Made by a program: the position numbers and the translations under genes. From Patescibacteria group bacterium (GTDB lineage: Bacteria > Patescibacteriota > Patescibacteriia > Veblenbacterales > UBA10138), in the NCBI GenBank assembly GCA_041648575.1, contig JBAZOT010000001.1, forward strand, positions 31,298 through 95,297: a stretch of 64,000 nucleotides of DNA. The letters are read 5' to 3'. The notes under the pieces are model-generated. The model was not told the DNA's origin. It ran no database searches and saw only the letters and a program-made list of their open reading frames with translations. Below, piece after piece: positions 9,704-18,941 of this stretch (position 1 is its first letter; each line of letters starts with the position of its first letter).

Positions 9704-9973
9704 GACGCTATCGTCTAGTGGTTGGTCTGCTAGATGCAGATCCTCCTCCGGAGGAGACAACTAAAGTAAGAAATATTTTGGTGTTATTAAAATGAACTAT
9801 CCCATGGCGCATTCGTCTAGTGGCTAGGACACATGGTTCTCATCCATGCAACAGGGGTTCGATTCCCCTATGCGCTACCAGTATCATTTATGGTGTAGAA
9901 TTGTAATCCGAGCCTGCGCCGTAGACCCGCCTCGGGCGGATTCTTCGGGGTTCAACTCCCGGTAGCGGTCCCA
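9704..9973 (+). pseudogene. Split or degenerate tRNA-like sequence (His-like 3' end) whose two halves flank tRNA-Glu
   Basis: 5' piece GACGCTATCGTCTAGTGGTT (9704-9723) and 3' piece CGGGGTTCAACTCCCGGTAGCGGTCCCA (9946-9973); acceptor halves are complementary. Confidence 0.55.
9806..9880 (+). tRNA. tRNA-Glu(CTC)
   Basis: 75-nt cloverleaf GGCGCAT...ATGCGCT-A-CCA; anticodon arm CATGG-TTCTCAT-CCATG, CTC at 9839-9841; T arm AGGGG-TTCGATT-CCCCT. Confidence 0.96.
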
Positions 9974-10062
9974 GCTCCCCAGTATCTGGAACGTTTGACG
10001 TTCTTGCTGGGTGGATTTTGGGTAAATAAAAAAACTCAAAAATATATCAAGTAATCTTCTTT

Positions 10063-11460
10063 TTATTTACTAACCAAAAGTTCAGCTGTAATCGAGGTTA
10101 AGTTCCTATCGTTGTAATAATCAGTTAATTGTTGTTGCCAATCTTTGTCCTTAATAGAAATATTAGGTTCTACACCGCGGCCTTCGATCGGTTGATTATC
10201 GTCTCTTAAAGTTACAGCTTTAACTATGAGAGCTGAATATTCAATATTATCCTTAATTATGGTTTTAAGAGGGAAGAAGTTTTCTACAGTACCGCGACCG
10301 CCAGTAGTTTCACCAATTAATATACCGATATTGTATTTTTTTAAAGTGGTAGCCAAAACTTCAGCTGTGGATTGCGTTCCTTTGTCAATCAAAACAATAA
10401 TTCTTCTAAATCGTGCTAAACTTGAAATTTTTTCAGTAACAGTTTTATGCGGTTCAGTTTCACCTTTACGAAAATAATCATAAGCATATTGGTTATGGCC
10501 AATAAAAAAGCCGGCGAGATATGGCAGGGTATCGATATTGCCGCCAAAATTACTTCGTAAATCAATAATCAAAGCTTTTAAGTTATCATTGGCCGTTTCT
10601 TGTAAACGCTGTTTGAATTCGTCAATAGTAGTTGGAGCGATTTGTTTAATTTTTAAATAAAGAATATCTGGCTCGCAGATTTTATAAACTATAGTTGGTT
10701 CAGCTCCTGTTTTATCATATGTAGTCCGCGCCAAAGGATCACCAATGGTTTCAAAAGCACGTTTGGCTGAAGACAATTGTTGTTGAGCTTCTGCAGAAGT
10801 GTCGTCTTTCAAAGTTGTAATTTTATTCTGATAAATTTGGTTGATTTTATCTGGTGGGGCATTTTTATCTACGCCTAAAACAAAATAAAGATCAGTAGTT
10901 GGGTCAGTACTGTTTACTTTATTTCTTAATTCTTGTTGTTTGTCATTACTGTAAAGTCTGCTTCTGTTTTGGGGAGATAGACTTGCTAAAATAGCATCCC
11001 CTAAAGTTACCACCAGTTCTTGTTGTTTAGTTTGGTCATAATTATTCAACCAGTCGTCAAGTAGGTTAACTAAACTAGCGCGTTCGGGTTTTTTTAGGAT
11101 TTGTGGTTTACCAGTTAATTTTTCCACTCCCAGTCGGTATAAATTAGTTAATTGTTCATCAGTTATTTTATCCCAGTGATTTTCCTTAACAGTATCATAA
11201 AGCTCAACTAAAAAAGAGACGTTTTGATTTTGAATTTCAGATTTTTTTTGTAGGCTAATAGTATAGCCCATGCCAGTTAGTAAGCCGAATATAAAAATTG
11301 CTAGAATAACTATCCCGTAACTAATTTTAAGATATATTTTAAATTTAGCAGCAAAATGTAATTTAATCCTCTTGGTATAATTTAGGTTACTTTTTGGAGG
11401 AATAAAATCAGAAGGTGTATTATGCGGTTGGAAGAAATTGTTTTCGTAGTTGTTAGCCAT
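10063..11460 (-). CDS. S41 (tail-specific protease) family protein with internal J-domain-like segment
   Basis: IIDLRSNFGG, TQSTAEV, GETTGGRGTV, IEGRGVEP; N-terminal TM; DLYFVLGV...AFETIGDPLARTTYD insert. Confidence 0.85.
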   Translation of the reverse strand: MANNYENNFFQPHNTPSDFIPPKSNLNYTKRIKLHFAAKFKIYLKISYGIVILAIFIFGLLTGMGYTISLQKKSEIQNQNVSFLVELYDTVKENHWDKITDEQLTNLYRLGVEKLTGKPQILKKPERASLVNLLDDWLNNYDQTKQQELVVTLGDAILASLSPQNRSRLYSNDKQQELRNKVNSTDPTTDLYFVLGVDKNAPPDKINQIYQNKITTLKDDTSAEAQQQLSSAKRAFETIGDPLARTTYDKTGAEPTIVYKICEPDILYLKIKQIAPTTIDEFKQRLQETANDNLKALIIDLRSNFGGNIDTLPYLAGFFIGHNQYAYDYFRKGETEPHKTVTEKISSLARFRRIIVLIDKGTQSTAEVLATTLKKYNIGILIGETTGGRGTVENFFPLKTIIKDNIEYSALIVKAVTLRDDNQPIEGRGVEPNISIKDKDWQQQLTDYYNDRNLTSITAELLVSK

Positions 11461-11550
11461 AAGTCTTATTTATTTTATAACACTTTTGCTTTTTTAGCGA
11501 GTAATCTTTTTGTTATTTAATTAAAAATGATATAAAATGACTTTTGTAAT

Positions 11551-11790
11551 ATGCAAAAAACTAGTATTGAAAAGCAAATCATAAAGATTATAGATCAGTT
11601 TAGCCCCTATATTATTGGTCACGGTGGCAGTATTAAGTTTATTAGTTGGGATGCCAAAACAGGGACAGTTGATGTTGAATTATTAGGTGCTTGTCAAAAT
11701 TGTTCAATGTCACATTTAACACTGAAGTATGGTTTAGAACAAGCACTAACAGCAAAAATACCCTCAATAAAAGAAGTTAGATCAGTTTAA
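11551..11790 (+). CDS. NifU C-terminal/NfuA-type Fe-S carrier
   Basis: PYIIGHGGSI, GACQNCSMSHLTLK (CxxC). Confidence 0.9.
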   Translation: MQKTSIEKQIIKIIDQFSPYIIGHGGSIKFISWDAKTGTVDVELLGACQNCSMSHLTLKYGLEQALTAKIPSIKEVRSV

Positions 11791-11793
11791 TAG

Positions 11794-12168
11794 TTATTCA
11801 GTTGAATCAGTGTCACTACCTTCCAGTGGTTCTTCATCAGGTAATATTTCCTGTTTAACAACGGGTTTTTTGGTTTCAGCAAAAGGATTGCCAAGAGAAT
11901 CTATTGCCTGTTGATCATATTCCTTTTTGCTTTCTAAAGCAGAAAAAACTTCATTATACAAATTCATATCAATAGTCTTTAAAGATATTTGACTTCGGTA
12001 AATATAAATTTCTTCAGCTTGGGTAAGTGTATTGTAAAAGTAAACATATAAGAAATTAACCAGCCAAATTAATATCACAATAATTACAGCTAGTGTGCCA
12101 ACGGGTAATAATTTTAACAGGGCGCCAGGCGTAACTTTTATTTTTTTAAAAGATAAGTTAAATTTCAT
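11794..12168 (-). CDS. Hypothetical single-TM protein at the end of the pil operon
   Basis: Overlaps the pilO stop; one TM; NPF motif. Confidence 0.6.
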   Translation of the reverse strand: MKFNLSFKKIKVTPGALLKLLPVGTLAVIIVILIWLVNFLYVYFYNTLTQAEEIYIYRSQISLKTIDMNLYNEVFSALESKKEYDQQAIDSLGNPFAETKKPVVKQEILPDEEPLEGSDTDSTE

Positions 12169-12734
12169 GGTTTATAGTAAGCGTTAGCTAATAGTAGAGT
12201 AGTTATATTGGAATGATTATTAAATACTTCTTGTGGATTTACTGAGCCGGTATTAATTCTAATAGTTGAGATGTTAAGATAATAATCAAGATTTTCTAAG
12301 CCAACTAAGTAGTTCATTAAGTTAGTAAAATTACTAACCAAGGTAATTTGCAGGGGCAAGGTTTTGATTGTTTTTTCCTTTGGAGTGGTTGAGGTAAGTT
12401 TAATATTTGGCACAATGTTATTATTTTCTGACAAATTTTCTAGAGAAGTGAATAAATCTAATTCTTGACCCGATTGAATATAAGCACGATTAAGTAGTAA
12501 AACAGTTGGTTTGATTTGTTGATATTGTTCTAAGGTTTGCTTTAAATTTTGACCACGTAAATAAATTTTTTCGAGTTCTACCCTTTGAGTAAAAATTTCG
12601 TTACTAAGTTCCTTAATTCTAGTAATACAGGGGTAGATTAGTAGAATAATTAGGCCACTAACAATAATAGCCACAGCAGATAAACTGATAATAATTTTTT
12701 GTTTCGGTGGACTGGCTGATGAAAGGAGTAACAT
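12165..12734 (-). CDS. pilO: Type IV pilus PilO-like protein
   Basis: TM, coiled coil, F..LM.YL..LENL; position after pilN. Confidence 0.75.
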   Translation of the reverse strand: MLLLSSASPPKQKIIISLSAVAIIVSGLIILLIYPCITRIKELSNEIFTQRVELEKIYLRGQNLKQTLEQYQQIKPTVLLLNRAYIQSGQELDLFTSLENLSENNNIVPNIKLTSTTPKEKTIKTLPLQITLVSNFTNLMNYLVGLENLDYYLNISTIRINTGSVNPQEVFNNHSNITTLLLANAYYKP

Positions 12735-12737
12735 AAA

Positions 12738-13286
12738 TTAGGGTAATTGGTCAAAATTTATTACAGCAGAAAACTGAAAATTAACATTTGTTTTATCCAA
12801 TAAGTTGGTTAGGGGCCTTGAAACCTTGGATAAATATAATAACTGGTTAAGATTATTTTCCAGTTTAATGAAATCATCTCTGGTTGTGGCCACACCTACT
12901 AAGCTTAATGTTTTAAGTTCTTTGTCAATTGTTAAAGATGAAATGCTAATGTTTGGTGGTACTGCGTTTGTAAAATTAACAAAAAAACTAGACCATTTTA
13001 CAAAATTTTTCTGAATTGCTGATAATTCTCTAAGTGTAGAATTAATTTTAGCTATTTCTGAATCAATTCCTTGGTTGCGTTGAGTCACTAAAGTTGTTTC
13101 AAAAACTAAGGTACTATAATTATCCTCTAGCATTATCCTAGCAGAAACAATCATGGCCGTTATAATAATAGAAAAAATTATTATCAACCAGGCTACTTTT
13201 CTAATGGATAAATAAATAAACTCGAAATGAAGTGATTCTTTTTGTTCAGGACTGATTAAATTAAGCTTTATCATAATCATTTTCAA
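12738..13286 (-). CDS. pilN: Type IV pilus PilN-like protein
   Basis: IKLNLI N-terminus (INLLP-like), TM, WS.FF...VP.NI. Confidence 0.75.
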   Translation of the reverse strand: MKMIMIKLNLISPEQKESLHFEFIYLSIRKVAWLIIIFSIIITAMIVSARIMLEDNYSTLVFETTLVTQRNQGIDSEIAKINSTLRELSAIQKNFVKWSSFFVNFTNAVPPNISISSLTIDKELKTLSLVGVATTRDDFIKLENNLNQLLYLSKVSRPLTNLLDKTNVNFQFSAVINFDQLP

Positions 13287-14334
13287 ATGCTCTTAAAGCT
13301 AATCCGATAGCTGTAGTGTAAGAAAGTAATGCCGATGGCTTATAGGGAGGTGTGACCTTCTTAAGATTACACCACGGGTTACCTAGTTCAACTTTTATTT
13401 TTATTATGTCGGTAATATAGGAATCAATAAATTTAAAATTCGATCCACCACCACACAAAATAATTTTTTTAATAGGATCACCATTAGGGAAATGTTCACT
13501 ATAAAATATAAACGTCTCTTTTATGCGCTTAATTAAATCATCAATAACTTTATATAGAATTTCTCGCATGGCGCCTTCGCATTTTTTAGAGTCAAGACCG
13601 CAAATAATTTTTGCTTTTTCAGCTTCGTCTTCGGAGAAATTAAGTTTTTTGGCTATAATTTCAGTCATTTGATATCCAGAGATTGGCACACTGACAGTAA
13701 ATTGAATGGTGTTTTTATCAACCACACACAAACTAGTATGTGAAGCTCCAAAATCAATAATCATAGTTGCCTCAGTAGAGGGAGGTATATCCTTGTCTAT
13801 TAGGCTACGTACTATGGGTACTGCCTCAATTTCTAGCGCTAAAGTAATTAATTTAGCCTGGGTTAAAGATTCAGTATATGAATTAATGATGTTTTTTGGC
13901 GCTACACCTAATAAAATAGGTATGCGCTGGCTTTTTAATTTAGTATCAACCACCTGCCAATCCCAATATGTTTCGTCAATAGACAAAGGTATGTGGTGTT
14001 CGGCCTCCCATTTAATTGCTTGGGGCATTTCCTCTTTGGTCATTAGTGGAATATCAATCATTTTAATAAATGTTTTAGTTTCTGGTAAACAGGCTACAAC
14101 ATATTGGGTACCAAATTTACCAATTTTTGGATGACTTAATAGTTGATCTACGGCTCGAACAAACTGATCTTTAATAATTATTTCTCCATCAACAATAATT
14201 CCCTTCTCTAGTGCAAGATCACTAATTGCTTTAAGTTTTATTTTTTTGCCCCAGTAGCTGGTAAATTGAATAGCTTTTAGTGACCGTTCACTAATATCTA
14301 ATCCAATAGTATTTGGTTGCTGTTCAATTTCCAT
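13261..14334 (-). CDS. pilM: Type IV pilus assembly protein PilM
   Basis: GLDISERSLK, IDFGASHT, LCGGGS, AIGLALR actin-like motifs. Confidence 0.93.
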   Translation of the reverse strand: MEIEQQPNTIGLDISERSLKAIQFTSYWGKKIKLKAISDLALEKGIIVDGEIIIKDQFVRAVDQLLSHPKIGKFGTQYVVACLPETKTFIKMIDIPLMTKEEMPQAIKWEAEHHIPLSIDETYWDWQVVDTKLKSQRIPILLGVAPKNIINSYTESLTQAKLITLALEIEAVPIVRSLIDKDIPPSTEATMIIDFGASHTSLCVVDKNTIQFTVSVPISGYQMTEIIAKKLNFSEDEAEKAKIICGLDSKKCEGAMREILYKVIDDLIKRIKETFIFYSEHFPNGDPIKKIILCGGGSNFKFIDSYITDIIKIKVELGNPWCNLKKVTPPYKPSALLSYTTAIGLALRAFENDYDKA

Positions 14335-14335
14335 A

Positions 14336-15550
14336 CTATATTGCTTCGCTTAGACTATACATTGGCATAATTATTGAAACTGCAAAAAAACCAACCGCCA
14401 CTCCTAATATTAGCATTAATATTGGTTCAATTATCGTAGATAGGTTTGACATAATTCTATCAACTTCCTCTTCGTAAAAGGAGGCCAGATCTTCTAGCAC
14501 AGTATCCAAGGTACCAGTTTCTTCACCTACTGCCAGCATTTGGATAACTAATGGTGGAAATAATTTTTTATAAGGAGCCATAGATTGTGATACACTAATC
14601 CCGGTCTTAACTTGATCAGCCGCATTAATCATTGCTTGATGATAGCGGACATTACCTAAAGTGGTAGCGGTTATTTGAAAGGTTTGTACAATTGGGATAT
14701 CAGTTTTCAATAAAGAGGAAAAGGTGCGTGAAAATTTTGCTAAGTTGATTTGTCTGAAAATATTTCCAATCATTGGCAACTTTAAAAGAAAACTATGCCA
14801 GACTATTTTTCCCTGAGTAGATCGTATTGCAAATATGAATAAAGCAATTAGTAACAACGACCCAGCCGCTACCCAGTAGCCATAATCAACTATAAAATTA
14901 CTGATCGCAATCAACACCCTGGTTGGTAATGGTAAGGTGGCACTAACCTCATCAAATAAAGCAGTTATTTGTGGTATAACAAAGACAATCATGGTAATAC
15001 CAATACCTATCATAGCTACGATCACAATAATTGGATAAATAAGGGCGCCTCGTACCTTGGCTACTAAAGTGTGGTTCTTTCTAAGTTGATTAGTGAGGTA
15101 AAGTAATACTTCTTCTAATTTGCCGCTTTTTTCACCAGCCTTAATCATATTTATGAACAACTCGGAAAATATTTTAGAGTAGTGCCCCATCGCATCAGAT
15201 AGGTTTACTCCTTTTTCCACATAAGTTTTTAATTCCTGGAGTATAGTTTTGAATCGTTTATTTTGAGTTTGTTCAGCCAAAGTGTGCAAAGCGGCAGTTA
15301 CTGTTAATCCAGCTTTAAGCATCACTTGTAGATTTTGAGTAAAAAATATTTTATCAACAGCCTTAATACGTTGCCAATTCATAGCGTATTTTAGCCAGTT
15401 TTTTTTGGTGGTGTGATTTAAAAGGGTGGCTTTGGTGAGTAATAGATTCTGTTGACGTAAATAATCAGCCAAAACTTCTTCTGAGGGTAAATCAATTTCA
15501 CCCATTTTAATTTCACCCTTTTCAGTTCTAGCATTGTAAGCGAATTTCAT
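14336..15550 (-). CDS. pilC: Type IV pilus platform protein PilC (GspF family)
   Basis: AGEKSGKLEEVL, ALIYP, VGEETGTLD, IEP. Confidence 0.94.
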   Translation of the reverse strand: MKFAYNARTEKGEIKMGEIDLPSEEVLADYLRQQNLLLTKATLLNHTTKKNWLKYAMNWQRIKAVDKIFFTQNLQVMLKAGLTVTAALHTLAEQTQNKRFKTILQELKTYVEKGVNLSDAMGHYSKIFSELFINMIKAGEKSGKLEEVLLYLTNQLRKNHTLVAKVRGALIYPIIVIVAMIGIGITMIVFVIPQITALFDEVSATLPLPTRVLIAISNFIVDYGYWVAAGSLLLIALFIFAIRSTQGKIVWHSFLLKLPMIGNIFRQINLAKFSRTFSSLLKTDIPIVQTFQITATTLGNVRYHQAMINAADQVKTGISVSQSMAPYKKLFPPLVIQMLAVGEETGTLDTVLEDLASFYEEEVDRIMSNLSTIIEPILMLILGVAVGFFAVSIIMPMYSLSEAI

Positions 15551-15556
15551 ATTATA

Positions 15557-17284
15557 TTATTCTTTAGTAACCCTGATTATTTCTTCCAAGCTGGTTGATC
15601 CCTTGATGGCTTTTATTATACCATCATAGAACATAGGAATCATACCCTGATCAATAGCCTGTTCTTCAATTTTATCCGATGAGCTTTTATTTAAAATTAA
15701 ATCGGCAATCTCTGGTGACACTTCTAAGATTTCGTAAATTCCCAATCTTCCTTTATAACCATCTTGCCCGCATTGTTTACAGCCAACTGCTTTATAAAAA
15801 GATATTTTATCAATTCCTTCATTGCTCTTAATAATTTTGAATTTGATCAAGGTTTGTAATAATTTGTCGGTGTTAATTTTTTTACCAAGATCGTCAATAT
15901 TTGTTTTTGATAAATGATAAGGGGTCATGCAATTAGGGCAAAGTTTGCGTACTAAACGTTGGCCAACAACTATATTAACAGTTGAAGAAATTAAAAAAGA
16001 TGGAATGCCCATTTGGGAAAGGCGCGGTAGGGTACCAATCGCATCGTTAGTGTGTAGAGTTGATAAAACCAGGTGTCCGGTCATAGCAGAGTGAATAGCG
16101 ATTTCTGCAGTTTCGGTATCACGTATTTCTCCTACCATAATGATATCAGGATCTTGACGTAACAGAGATCGTAAACCATTGGCAAAACTAAAACCAATTC
16201 GTGGACTTACTTGACTTTGGTTAATTCTTGGCATGCGGTATTCAATTGGGTCCTCAATAGTTGAAATATTTACTTCAGGCTTATTCAGCATGTGCATTAT
16301 TGAATACAACGTAGTTGTTTTACCAGAACCAGTGGGGCCAGTAACCAAAATCATGCCGTGAGGTTTTTCAATGTTGCGCTTTATTGTTTCAAGTGGATGA
16401 TTTTGAAATCCTAATTGCTCTAATGTTAATACTTGAGCTGATTCGTGCAACAAACGCATAACAATTTTTTCTCCAGTAAAAACAGGGATTATTGATACGC
16501 GAAAAGACACTTCATATTCACTAGTTTTTATTTTAAAACGGCCGTCCTGAGGTAGTCGGTGTTCGTCTAATTTTAGGTTAGATAAAATTTTTATTCTGGC
16601 TGTAAGACCAGCTTGGACATTTTTAGGTAAAGTCATTACATCGTGTAAGACACCATCAATGCGGTAGCGAACAATAACGTCCGTTTCACTGGGTTCAATA
16701 TGAATATCAGAAGCACGTTCAAAAATCGCATATTCTAATAAGGTATCAACCATACGAACCACTGGTACATCTTCTGCTAATTGTTCAAGTTTTTCGCCGC
16801 TTGCCTCCTCGCTGGAAATTTCTTCGTGAGTTAATGCCTCAAATTCAGCTCGTAGGCTTTTATGATATTGTTTAATAACCTCCTTAATAGACGAGGGGGT
16901 AGTAAGGTGGATCTCAAGCTTGATGTTGAATTTTTTTTCAATAAACTCAAATGTTTGTAAATCGTCAGGATCTATGGTAGCAATTTTGATTGCGTCTTTG
17001 GTTTTATCAAAAGCAATTATACCGTGAGTTTGAGCAATGGGTTCTGGAATTGCCAGTAAAATGTCTTTTCTGATCACGGTATTTTTAAGATCAATAAAAG
17101 GTATTTTAATTTGGTTAGCTACTAATTCATACAGCTTATTTTCGCTGATGATATTGTTGGTCAATAGATATTCCTCCAACAGAAATTTTTTGTTTTTTGC
17201 TTCTGCCTGTATCCGTTTAGACTGTTCTTCTGTAAGAACGGAACTGGCTTGTAATGCTTGGGTAATTTTATCTTGATTAAGCAT
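15557..17284 (-). CDS. pilB: Type IV pilus assembly ATPase PilB (GspE family)
   Basis: ASDIHIEP, GPTGSGKTTTLY, RQDPDIIMVGEIRD, CxxC..CxxC; ATG at 17284 preferred over the upstream GTG. Confidence 0.95.
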   Translation of the reverse strand: MLNQDKITQALQASSVLTEEQSKRIQAEAKNKKFLLEEYLLTNNIISENKLYELVANQIKIPFIDLKNTVIRKDILLAIPEPIAQTHGIIAFDKTKDAIKIATIDPDDLQTFEFIEKKFNIKLEIHLTTPSSIKEVIKQYHKSLRAEFEALTHEEISSEEASGEKLEQLAEDVPVVRMVDTLLEYAIFERASDIHIEPSETDVIVRYRIDGVLHDVMTLPKNVQAGLTARIKILSNLKLDEHRLPQDGRFKIKTSEYEVSFRVSIIPVFTGEKIVMRLLHESAQVLTLEQLGFQNHPLETIKRNIEKPHGMILVTGPTGSGKTTTLYSIMHMLNKPEVNISTIEDPIEYRMPRINQSQVSPRIGFSFANGLRSLLRQDPDIIMVGEIRDTETAEIAIHSAMTGHLVLSTLHTNDAIGTLPRLSQMGIPSFLISSTVNIVVGQRLVRKLCPNCMTPYHLSKTNIDDLGKKINTDKLLQTLIKFKIIKSNEGIDKISFYKAVGCKQCGQDGYKGRLGIYEILEVSPEIADLILNKSSSDKIEEQAIDQGMIPMFYDGIIKAIKGSTSLEEIIRVTKE

Positions 17285-17495
17285 AATTGTTTTCAAATTC
17301 ACTAGTTTAAGTTTATACTACCTTATAATATTATACCATTAAATTAAGTGAGTCTCAAATCTAATCATTAGGATTGATGGTATTTTTACGATGATTGGAA
17401 TATATGGTCGATTGTAATTTAGCATGACATTTACAAGAAATATACGAGAAATGTAGTTGATAGTTGCCAAAAACACCTAATAAAGATTAAAATCA

Positions 17496-17882
17496 ATGAT
17501 AGTTATGCCTATTCATTTAAATGCTGCTAGAAGTTTTGCTTGGCGTGCTTATTGGCGTTCGCCAAAAGTTTTAGTGCCATTGTGTTTGTCGTTATTTATT
17601 GATGTACTTGTTTGGTTGTTGCCATATTGGCAATTAAGCTTTGATAGTGATTTTTTGACAATTCGTTATTCAATATATGTTGGCACCAATTGGTTAGCAG
17701 CTAAATATTTTATTTTTTTACCAGCTGTTATTTGTTTGATATTTATTATTGTCAATACTTTTATCAGTTATACAGTTGGTAAAATAAGTCTAATTTTACG
17801 TTCGATTATTCTTTGGCAGACAGTAATAATTTGTTTAGCATTTTGTTGGTTAGAGATATTGTTAATTGTATTTAATAGTTAA
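17496..17882 (+). CDS. Hypothetical membrane protein upstream of mraY
   Basis: Three hydrophobic segments. Confidence 0.6.
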   Translation: MIVMPIHLNAARSFAWRAYWRSPKVLVPLCLSLFIDVLVWLLPYWQLSFDSDFLTIRYSIYVGTNWLAAKYFIFLPAVICLIFIIVNTFISYTVGKISLILRSIILWQTVIICLAFCWLEILLIVFNS

Positions 17883-17890
17883 ACAAAGTT

Positions 17891-18937
17891 TTGTTTATGG
17901 ATATCGTAGCAATTGTGAAAATATTGACACTAACAACTGTGTCATTTATTGTGGCCTTGTTAGCCACGCCTTTGCTAACACATTTTTTGTATAAATATAA
18001 ATTAGGAAAAAATGTGCGTGACGAAATTCAAGCACCAGTGATGTCGAGATTGCATCAAGCAAAAAACGGAACGCCGACTATGGGTGGAATATTAATTTGG
18101 TTGACTACTTTAGTTTTGGCAGTTATTTTTTTCTTTTTAAGTAGTTTGAATATTATACCACCGATAATAAATTTCTTGAGCCGCACTGAAACCTTGTTGC
18201 CATTAGGTGCTTTGGTCGCGTCGGCGCTTGTTGGTTTGATAGATGATTGGTTTAATGTTAAAGGATTAGGTGCGCGTGGAGGAGGATTAAAAATGCGTCA
18301 TAAGTTATTAATTTATAGCGCCATCGCAATTGTCGGAGCTTGGTGGTTTTATTATAAATTAGACTGGACAATATTATATTTACCCGGTTTAGGAAATATT
18401 GATATTGGTTGGTGGTATATCCCCTTATTCATTTTTATCATTGTTGCAACTTCTTTTTCTGTAAACGAGATCGACGGTTTAGACGGACTAGCTGGGGGTA
18501 CTTTGTTGGCTGCCTTTGGTGCATTTGGTGCTATAGCGTTTATAGAAGGAAAAATTGATTTAGCAGCTTTTTGTGGAGTAATTGTTGGAAGTTTATTAGC
18601 TTTTTTATGGTTTAATATTAATCCTGCCAGATTTTTTATGGGAGACACCGGCGCCATGTCATTAGGTGTAACCTTGGGTATAGTAGCCATGTTAACTAAT
18701 ACCGTTTGGTTGTTACCAGTAATTGGTTTATTATTTGTAGTTGAATCACTTTCGGTAATTGTACAGGTGATATCCAAAAGAACTACCGGAAAAAAGATTT
18801 TTCTTTCTAGCCCTTTGCATCACCATTTAGAAGCAATTGGTTGGCCCGAGCCTAAAATAGTAATGCGTTTTTGGGTAATAGCCGGAGTAATGGCTGTCAT
18901 CGGGGTCATTTTGTTTTTAGTAGATAAAGTTGCTTGA
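17891..18937 (+). CDS. mraY: Phospho-MurNAc-pentapeptide transferase
   Basis: KNGTPTMGG, GLIDD, NEIDGLDGL, FMGDTG, PLHHHLE. Confidence 0.96.
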   Translation: MFMDIVAIVKILTLTTVSFIVALLATPLLTHFLYKYKLGKNVRDEIQAPVMSRLHQAKNGTPTMGGILIWLTTLVLAVIFFFLSSLNIIPPIINFLSRTETLLPLGALVASALVGLIDDWFNVKGLGARGGGLKMRHKLLIYSAIAIVGAWWFYYKLDWTILYLPGLGNIDIGWWYIPLFIFIIVATSFSVNEIDGLDGLAGGTLLAAFGAFGAIAFIEGKIDLAAFCGVIVGSLLAFLWFNINPARFFMGDTGAMSLGVTLGIVAMLTNTVWLLPVIGLLFVVESLSVIVQVISKRTTGKKIFLSSPLHHHLEAIGWPEPKIVMRFWVIAGVMAVIGVILFLVDKVA

Positions 18938-18941
18938 AATT

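Noticed and set aside
9881-11460. Integrated element at tRNA-Glu with att duplication
   Set aside because: The downstream T-arm fragment differs from the tRNA-Glu 3' end and no integrase is present
11794-17284. Absence of pilQ/pilT in the pil locus as a novelty
   Set aside because: Secretin-less type IV pili are expected in monoderms, and pilT may lie elsewhere
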